From Bilabrum cf. latius (taxonomy: Eukaryota), in the NCBI GenBank assembly GCA_965178125.1, contig OZ237763.1, positions 806,001 to 870,000 on the forward strand: 64,000 nucleotides of DNA, given 5' to 3'. Position 1 is the stretch's first letter; every line of letters begins with the position of its first letter. A program made the position numbers and the translations under genes. Positions 56,201 through 64,000 of the stretch are shown here, in pieces. Below the pieces are notes generated by a model. That model was not told the DNA's origin and searched no databases. It was given only the letters and a program-made list of their open reading frames with translations.

Positions 56201-57835
56201 TGACGCCTTCACTTGCAGCGAGCTCGCTTGCTGGGCCACTGTGGAAGCCTCCATATCTCGCTGCGCGAGCCTTGACTCTAGCTCCTGAATTCGCTTCTCT
56301 GCCTCTCTTGCAGCTGCCGACTTACCCCCCGAAAGCCTTCCAGGAAGCCTTTTCTGCTTAACCTTTGATTTTTCCTTGGGTTTCTTGGTCGCTGTTGGAC
56401 TTGCCCCCTCCCCGCTGCCGGGGGTGCTCTTCGCGGCGGAGTCAGCTTCGGGCGCAGCCGGCGCGGTCGTGATGCCGCCTGCAGATCGATGGACTGCACG
56501 ACCGTTGCTTGCTTGTGCTTCGCTGCCACCATCAAACTGGAGTGTACTGCCAGGTTTCGAAGCTGTTTCGCGTAAATCGGTACGGCTGGCGGCTGAACCC
56601 TGCTGCGCCACGACTGGCGATGCCTGGCTCTATCCAAGCGAGGCAGGCCAGTCACTTGTCAATTTCACACCTCTCTCTGCACTCTTCACGGGACTGATAC
56701 CAACACCTGTAGCGAGTGCCCCGGCCTGGCCCGTGGTTGCCGAGCCCGAGGGTTGGTGCTCCAAAGAAGACTGATCCTGTTTCGATTCCAACGGATCTAC
56801 GGATGAGCCGCCGGTAGAAGGCTCGAGACGTTCGGGGGCTGCTGCAGGGCTTGAAACGACCGGCTTGCCACTGAATGCGATGTCGCCAGTCCCTACCTGT
56901 TTTGCGTCATCAGACTTCGAGTCTCCTGCTTGCGCACGACCTGGCTGTGCCACTCTGGACTCAACCTCACCATTGTCTCCATTGCGAGCGAGGACAAGAA
57001 CTTCGGTTTCACGCTAGTCGTGCCCCCTGGCGGGTCCATCGCCGCTATCCTCCCGCCTTTCGCCGCCGTCGAGCTCTGCTGCAGCGTCCTCGTCCTCGTC
57101 CTCGTCCATTGGAACCAGAGGCCTCTCGCTTGCCCGGCGTAACCAAGCCATCCACTCCTTGCCCATCTCTTCTGTCGGCGCCCTAAACTAAAGTGATCGC
57201 GGCTTGCTTATAACTGGGTCACTTGTGAGCTCGGGATCCCCGCGGAGCTGGCAGCTGACTGTGAACACAGCGTTGAACGGCACGCCTCGAGCCCCGGCAC
57301 CGGAGGCTGCCCCCTTTGCTTCCCCTGACTCGCCAGCAGTCACCTCCAGCTCTGATATCTTGCATCCAAGCAGGTCAACTTCACCAAGTGGTGGATCACT
57401 CTTCGATTTGCACCAGTACAGGCGACATCCACGCACTCGGCAGAAGCGGCGCTTCCAGCTGCCGCTGCCTGGAGAGGCACGTTTGTCCAGCCACCCGTCT
57501 CCGCTGACACCGGATCGGCTTGCTCCCCGCAACAAGGTCAGCCAAGACTGTAGATGCTACTCTGATGGCGCCTGAAACGCAAGTCGTCTGCCGAATGCAT
57601 CGGCACAAGCAAGCATGTGATCACGATTGTGCACTGCCTTGCTCACCGCATCCACTATTCCACCGCACACATTGACGTAACCTTTGATTGCCCCGAGCTT
57701 GCTGGGTGATTTGGGATCTTTTTCCGCGTAGTGTAGCACGCCATGTCGAAACAAGCATTGCCGCTGCTTCCACGATCGAATCCAGCTACCTTCTTTCTCG
57801 ATCTCGCCCCGAAACTCGAAAGGACACGATATCAT
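53231..57835 (-). CDS. Tandem-PH protein with a Rubicon-homology (zf-RING_9/DUF4206-like) domain; PLEKHM/DEF8-like
   Basis: PH1 GEIEKEGSWIRSWKQRQC, PH2 GWLDKR..SWKRRFC, a coiled coil, then QGRRCASC..CYCWYTELLLCPPC..LPWRMLH..PVCAQAARFI. One frame with more than ten TAGs, including a tandem TAGTAG at 53429-53434; TGA 53231. Confidence 0.7.
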
Positions 57836-57999
57836 TGTATAAGTTAAGTCAAGAGCTCGCTCAACTGGTCATCAACCACGCTCTGGCTCTTCAATTGAGG
57901 GAGTTGCGGGCCGTCATATCTCGTCTAAGTGCTCGCAACTATCAGAGGCAGCCGTTTCGAACGATCCTGACGCTCAGAGAGTGCCCAGCTGGGGTCATC

Positions 58000-60900
58000 A
58001 TGGAGGTTCACATGTCATCTAGAGATTTGTTTCGCGTTGGACCTGTAGGCTACCGGGGTACGCTGCAGGTCCTTCCGAAAGGTAAAAAATCGAAAGTGAG
58101 TTATTTGCCTGCAAATGTATAGTCCTTCAGAGAGCTGTGTTCAACATTTTTGCAGATTCAAATTAAGTCCATATATCTTGCAGCCAAAAGTGGTCATTGG
58201 TGATGATTCAGGGTCAGTTCATTGCATAGAAGTCGACAAAGGAGTTGCAAAAGTGAGCGAGAGCAGAACCATTCGCACTGAACCACGCTTTTAGTAAGTA
58301 TTTCGTTGCGGTGGTTGACTTACCATTTTACGGCATGTTTTGTCCTCTCGTTCACAGAGAGCCTTCAAGACTGATGCAAGCTCAAAGCCGGTCTCCTCGG
58401 TGACACTCGGTGGGGCCCCGACAAAGAAAGACAGAGTCTTCTACTCCACCTCTCAAACCATCACTGGGGTATCGAAGAAAGGAAAAGAGTTTTTCCGTTT
58501 CGATACGACACTCTCGGAGACAATAACTTCATCGTTCTCTGAAGAGACGAGGCTGTGGCTAGCGGCATCCACGGACTACGGTCTGTTCGACAACGGAACA
58601 GAAATGGAGTCTTACGCCGCACCAGATGCTATCCAAGACCTTGCAGTCGCAAATGTGACAAGAGACACGGAACCTGACGCAGTCCTTGCTTGCAAAGACG
58701 GGGCCGTAAGAGTGATCGCGGCGGGGTCGTCCGTCCTCGAGTACCGCCAGGGCAGCGGAACCGTGAGCGCGGGCTCCTCGGCAGCTGGTGCCGCAGCAGC
58801 CGCGGCATCTATCGGTGGTGGCGGCAGTGCAAGCGCTGCTGCTGCTGGGGCTCGGTCGGCCGGCGGTGTATCGGGCGCCCGAAGCGTTCACTACTACCAC
58901 CCTACTCTGCTGCGCGGAGAGTCTGCCTCGCTGCCCGCCTCTTCCGCTGCAGCCAAGGAGATGGCCAGCTCTTTGCCTGCCGGAAGCACCATCCCTGCCC
59001 CTCGAGCCGGACGCGGTCACCTGCCTCCGCCCCTGAGTCCGAGTCGCGCGAGGCATTTCCTGGTGGGCTCCGGGGCGGGGAGCGTGGCTCTGCTGCTTGC
59101 AGCCAGCGATGCAGTGCAGCCGCGGTGGACGCTGATGCCTTCTCGCGGGAGGGCGGGAGGTGGCACCGTGAACGCGATCACCTCGCTGGATGTGACTGGG
59201 GACGGCAGTCTGGACGTGGTGGTGGGCAGGGACGACGGGAGCGTGGATGTGCTGGGCGCGGAGGCAGGCCCACACGACCCCGCGGTGGTGTTCTCGCACC
59301 AGGTCGGGGACGCAGTGCAGAGCCTGCAAGCAGCTGCGGTACCCTCACCCGGTGACGGCGAGGTGCTGGCCGTGTCATTCTCGGGCAAGCTGGTGTCGCT
59401 GACCACTGAGTCGCTGTCAGCTGCGGCGGAGGGGGACAGCTACGGGCGCAGCAAGGAGGTGGTGGAGCGGGAGGCCAGAGTAGTGGCGCTCCGGTCCGAG
59501 ATGAGTGCCTTGGAGAAGCAGGTGGAGAAGCAGCGATAGAGCATGTTGGATGCTTGGAAGAGCAGCGGGTTCTCCACGCCGGCCCTGGAGGCCATCGAGC
59601 AGGCGGCGGGGGCGGCGGGGGGTACGGGTGCGGGTGCGGGTGGGGGTGTCGCGAATGCAGGTGTGGTGGGCCAGGCCGCGGGACTAATGGCGCTTGCAGA
59701 GCCAGTCACTGCCGAGTGCCGATTGGAGGTGGATGAGGCAACTGCCAGCTACAGGATCGCGGTTGAATCTGCCTCGCTGGTAGAGAGCGTATCGTTGCTC
59801 AGCCCGGTGCCTCTGGAGATTCTCAAGACGGATCACAGCGCCAATGCCATCGTGTCCAAGACACAGCAGGAGGCGGCAAGGGGGGCCCAGGCAGCCCCGG
59901 CTAGCGGTCCGGAGGAGGCCAAGCCGGACCCACATGAGGATGCGTACGGCCCGGCGGGTTGCGACAAGTGGTCCTCTGTTCACACATTCCGATGCCAGGA
60001 ACTCTCGCACAGGCTAGAACTGAGGGCGAGGGCCAGGGAGGGTCAGACAGGCGACGTTGAGGTGGTGGTCATCGCAGAACCTGGGGCGGCCGGGCGGCAG
60101 GCAGCTGCGGTCGAGACTGTCCGCATCCGTCCGCTGTCACTCCACTGCAGGTGCAGCGACAGCGCATTCGATGACGCAGTGCAAGCAGGCGCGAGCGCAC
60201 CTGCAGGAGACGACCCCTCGCAGTCATGGCTCGCGGAAGCGGGGGCCAAGGCGCAAGCAGCCGCTGCCTCGCATGACTCGCAGGGGGCTCTGGTCGTTCG
60301 CGGGGAGTTCTCGCTTGGAAGGGCTCACGACTGGATCGAGCAGCTGCTTCCAGGTGTGCCCACACGCGCCGATACTGAGTCCGCCGCAGCTCGCTACGCG
60401 GAGCACGCGGCCACAGAGCGAGGCGTGCATGCCGGAGCCTCTGCGTCGGAAGTTGGTAAGCTGATGCCGCTGTCCGCGACGACTGGTGGCGCCGCAGATT
60501 CAGATGGAGCCTCAAGCGTTGAGGCTTCTGCAGCAAGTGGCCGGGGAGGAGGGCCGTCCTCTCGAGCAGTTCTCGTGTTCAGGAACTCGTTGGTGGGAAC
60601 GCTGCTGCGCGCTGACTACTGCCGCGGTGAGATGGTGCTGCGGTCGTGCAACGCATCGTCCTTGGCGATCGCGAGGGATTGGCTGCTCCAGCGCGCAGCA
60701 GCAGACAAGCTGAGCCTACAGGTGGACTGGCACATGCCTACTGCGTCTCTCAGGGCGGCTTGGGGCATGCTACACCCTCGGCTTCGATACGCCGCGTCGC
60801 TTTCAAAGCGAGCTGACCTGGCTGATGCTGTCAAGGAAGTAGCATTGTAGGAGGACGGCGACAGACCATGGTTGTCGCAGGAGCTTAAAGACGTACTGCA

Positions 60901-61174
60901 GCACGGTAGCAGGTACAGGCGTGAGCTAGAGTCGCAACCCAACAAGCTTGAGGCACTGCAGTGTGTGCTGGAGGACCTCTTCATGCATCACCACAAGGCT
61001 CTCGGCGGTGACGTGTCAGCCCACGTTGAGGAACTGATGGCAGCCGCCAAAGAGGCCTACGAGTTCAAGTCGGAGGATGCTGCGGTCCAAGTTGGGTTCT
61101 CGGCTAGAGCCGACATGGGCAAAGTGGCACATGACTAGATGCTTGCTCTGCTAGAGCAATCTGGGGGTGACTGA
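58000..61174 (+). CDS. BBS7: Bardet-Biedl syndrome 7 protein (BBSome subunit)
   Basis: Exons 58000-58095, 58184-58252 and 58358-61174. KVVIGDDSG, ITGVSKKGKEFFRFDTTLSETI, DVVVGRDDGSVDV, TFRCQE..RLELR..EGQTGD, IRPLSLHCR and GEFSL..AHDWI. TAGs at 59537, 60848 and 61136; TGA 61172. Confidence 0.9.
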
Positions 61175-61226
61175 TTCAGGATCTGAAACCTGTCTCGGGA
61201 TTTCTTTTCATATAAAGGATGTACGT

Positions 61227-61512
61227 TCCGGGGCTCACTCAGCCCACCTCCCATGCAGCCCAACCTCCATCCGGGGCGCACCCAGCCCACTTCCCATGCA
61301 GCCCAACCTCCATCCGGGGCGCACCCAGCCCACTTCCCATACAGCCCAACCTCCATCCGGGGCGGACCCGGCCCACATCCCACGCAGCCCAACCTCCATC
61401 CGGGGCGCACCCAGCCCACCTCCCATGCAGCCCAACCTCCATCCGGGGCGCACCCAGCCCACTTCCCATGCAGCCCAACCTCCATCTGGGGCGCACCCAG
61501 CCCACCTCCCAT
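61227..61512. repeat. 43-bp C-rich subtelomeric tandem repeat, ~6.5 copies
   Basis: CAGCCCAC(C/T)TCCCATGCAGCCCAACCTCCATCCGGGGCGCACC units at 61240, 61283, 61326, 61369, 61412, 61455 and 61498. Confidence 0.93.
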
Positions 61513-61551
61513 CCGTGACCCCACAGATCTTGTCGTGTAGTTGACTCGGAA

Positions 61552-61586
61552 TAGGGTTAGGGTTAGGGTTAGGGTTAGGGTTAGGG
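61552..61586 (+). repeat. Short internal telomeric tract TAGGG(TTAGGG)5
   Basis: Read directly from the sequence. Confidence 0.95.
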
Positions 61587-61723
61587 TATCAGGGGGTCAA
61601 CTTATACTTAGGGTCGGCCATTTTCGGCTTTTACGCTAGCGCGGTTCAGGGAACAAGACCCATATATTCTGATTGGGCATGCTTTAAAACCTAGGTTACA
61701 ACTCCGAGTCGGGTCATAACTCT

Positions 61724-63079
61724 CCGCGGCGCCGCGGTTCCGCAGGGTTAGTGAAATCCGTCAGGGCCGTGTGCCGCCATGGGGTGGATCCGGAGTCGAT
61801 ATGTATAGACACCATTGTGTGCCCCGCGATGTGTACATACGATTCGACACTTGAAACGCAGCGATTGCATGTGTTCCGGCCGAGATATGGAGGACATCCG
61901 ACTTTTTTGCGCAGGTCGGATCTCCAAAATCAGTCGGAGATCCGACCTATGCGTTCGGGCGTGTCCAGGTCTACAGATGAGCGTTTGATGTTTGGTTTTC
62001 GATACAGAAGATGTATCGGGGTCCATGCCACCCGAGGAACACACACCAGGTGGTGTCAGGTACCGCGGCGCCGCGGTTCCGCAGGGTCAGTGAAATCCGT
62101 CAGGGCCGTGTGCCGCCATGGGGTGGATCCGGAGTCGATATGTATAGACACCATTGTGTGCCCCGCGATGTGTACATACGATTCGACACTTGAAACGCAG
62201 CGATTGCATGTGTTCCGGCCGAGATATGGAGGACATCCGACTTTTTTGCGCAGGTCGGATCTCCAAAATCAGTCGGAGATCCGACCTATGCGTTCGGGCG
62301 TGTCCAGGTCTACAGATGAGCGTTTGATGTTTGGTTTTCGATGCAGAAGATGTATCGGGGTCCATGCCACCCGAGGAACACACACCAGGTGGTGTCAGGT
62401 ACCGCGGCGCCGCGGTTCCGCAGGGTCAGTGAAATCCGTCAGGGCCGTGTGCCTCCATGGGGTGGATCCGGAGTCGATATGTATAGACACCATTGTGTGC
62501 CCCGCGATGTGTACATACGATTCGACACTTGAAACGCAGCGATTGCATGTGTTCCGGCCGAGATATGGAGGACATCCGACTTTTTTGCGCAGGTCGGATC
62601 TCCAAAATCAGTCGGAGATCCGACCTATGCGTTCGGGCGTGTCAAGGTCTACAGATGAGCGTTTGATGTTTGGTTTTCGATGCAGAAGATGTATCGGGGT
62701 CCATGCCACCCGAGGAACACACACCAGGTGGTGTCAGGTACCGCGGCGCCGCGGTTCCGCAGGGTCAGTGAAATCCGTCAGGGCCGTGTGCCTCCATGGG
62801 GTGGATCCGGAGTCGATATGTATAGACACCATTGTGTGCCCCGCGATGTGTACATACGATTCGACACTTGAAACGCAGCGATTGCATGTGTTCCGGCCGA
62901 GATATGGAGGACATCCGACTTTTTTGCGCAGGTCGGATCTCCAAAATCAGTCGGAGATCCGACCTATGCGTTCGGGCGTGTCCAGGTCTACAGATGAGCG
63001 TTTGATGTTTTGTTTTCGATGCAGAAGATGTATCGGGGTCCATGCCACCCGGGGAACACACACCAGGTGGTGTTAGGTA
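61724..63079. repeat. 339-bp subtelomeric satellite, exactly 4 near-identical copies
   Basis: Units begin CCGCGGCGCCGCGGTTCC at 61724, 62063, 62402 and 62741. Confidence 0.96.
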
Positions 63080-63082
63080 CCT

Positions 63083-63363
63083 TTAGGGTTAGGGTTGGGT
63101 TAGGGTTAGGGTTAGGGTTAGGGTTAGGGTTAGGGTTAGGGTTAGGGTTAGGGTTAGGGTTAGGGTTAGGGTTAGGGTTAGGGTTAGGGTTAGGGTTAGG
63201 GTTAGGGTTAGGGTTAGGGTTAGGGTTAGGGTTAGGGTTAGGGTTAGGGTTAGGGTTAGGGTTAGGGTTAGGGTTAGGGTTAGGGTTAGGGTTAGGGTTA
63301 GGGTTAGGGTTAGGGTTAGGGTTAGGGTTAGGGTTAGGGTTAGGGTTAGGGTTAGGGTTAGGG
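63083..63363 (+). repeat. Telomeric tract of about 46 TTAGGG units plus one TTGGG variant, with sequence continuing beyond it
   Basis: Read directly; the G-rich strand is on +, oriented toward the right end of the window. Confidence 0.98.
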
Positions 63364-63425
63364 TATCTAATATAAAGTCAGGGACAGGGTCGGGGAAAAA
63401 ATATTTTCATCTTCATTTTTTTGTC

Positions 63426-64000
63426 GAAAATGTGCCCTCTGCGATCTCAGCAACTAGAATAGGTATGAAGATGATTCAAACTGTTTTGGGATGGCCTAGG
63501 GCCATATCATGGGGCAAATGTTCCCCAGGTTCCGTTTTGACCGCGCGGCGACGATACTGGCTGATGAAGATTTACATGCCGAAAATGTGCCCTCTGCGAT
63601 CTCAGCAACTAGAATAGGTATGAAGATGATTCAAACTGTTTTGGGATGGCCTAGGGCCATATCATGGGGCAAATGTTCCCCAGGTTCCGTTTTGACCGTG
63701 CGGCGACGATACTGGCTGATGAAGATTTACATGCCGAAAATGTGCCCTCTGCGATCTCAGCAACTAGAATAGGTATGAAGATGATTCAAACTGTTTTGGG
63801 ACGGCCTAGGGCCATATCATGGGGCAAATGTTCCCCAGGTTCCGTTTTGACCGCGCGGCGACGATACTGGCTGATGAAGATTTACATGCCGTAAATGTGC
63901 CCTCTGCGATCTCAGCAACTAGAATAGGTATGAAGATGATTCAAACTGTTTTGGGACGGCCTAGGGCCATATCATGGGGCAAATGTTCCCCAGGTTCCGT
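63426..64000. repeat. 155-bp tandem satellite, at least 3.7 copies, running off the window
   Basis: Units G(A/T)AAATGTGCCCTCTGCG start at 63426, 63581, 63736 and 63891. Confidence 0.96.

Noticed and set aside
1-61174. Mass pseudogenisation, RIP-like mutation or C>T artefact as the source of the internal stops
   Set aside because: Those processes would also create in-frame TGA (from CGA) and TAA (from CAA) and erode motifs. Only TAG occurs, and the catalytic motifs of SMC4, ISWI and the kinesin are intact.
1-61174. TAG as pyrrolysine, or A-to-I editing to TGG (Trp)
   Set aside because: TAGs are numerous, occur in tandem, and sit in Gln repeats and coiled coils rather than at Trp or catalytic positions. 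U-to-C editing cannot be excluded from DNA alone but is less parsimonious.
61751-63375. The 441-aa ORF over the 339-bp satellite and the (LG)n ORF over the telomeric tract
   Set aside because: These are by-products of tandem repeats with periods divisible by three. They show no recognisable domain, and their composition is unlike the real genes.
61227-64000. CRISPR array
   Set aside because: The units are head-to-tail with no unique spacers, no cas genes are present, and the context is eukaryotic.
1-64000. A suppressor tRNA(CUA), other RNA genes, or an autonomous transposon/virophage
   Set aside because: I recognised no cloverleaf, rRNA, integrase, reverse transcriptase or capsid sequence. 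A short tRNA could be missed by eye.

Overview
GC-rich, gene-dense, intron-poor nuclear DNA from a flagellated microbial eukaryote (hydin, BBS7, CEP95-like genes; spliceosomal GT-AG introns), ending in a layered subtelomere with TTAGGG tracts. The main result is a non-standard nuclear genetic code. Conserved genes (SMC4, ISWI, kinesin-14, hydin, BBS7, an ABC-class ATPase and others) are fragmented in the ORF track only by in-frame TAG codons, roughly 80 by my manual count, and each continues in the same frame. Several TAGs sit where Gln is expected (WW-domain S-Q-W, QQQ*Q, GQGQGQGQG*GQ, BBS7 xxQE). None of the 17 reconstructed genes ends in TAG (15 TGA, 2 TAA) and I saw no internal TAA. The best reading is UAG=Gln with UAA and UGA as stops, a rare split of UAG and UAA. 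Re-read in this code the window holds about 17 genes, including a WW-WW-coiled-coil-kinesin-14, an apparently stand-alone C-terminal half of hydin and a catalytically dead calpain-like protein. All translations, alignments and counts were done by eye, without database searches. The taxon (possibly a Cafeteria-like stramenopile) is only a guess.
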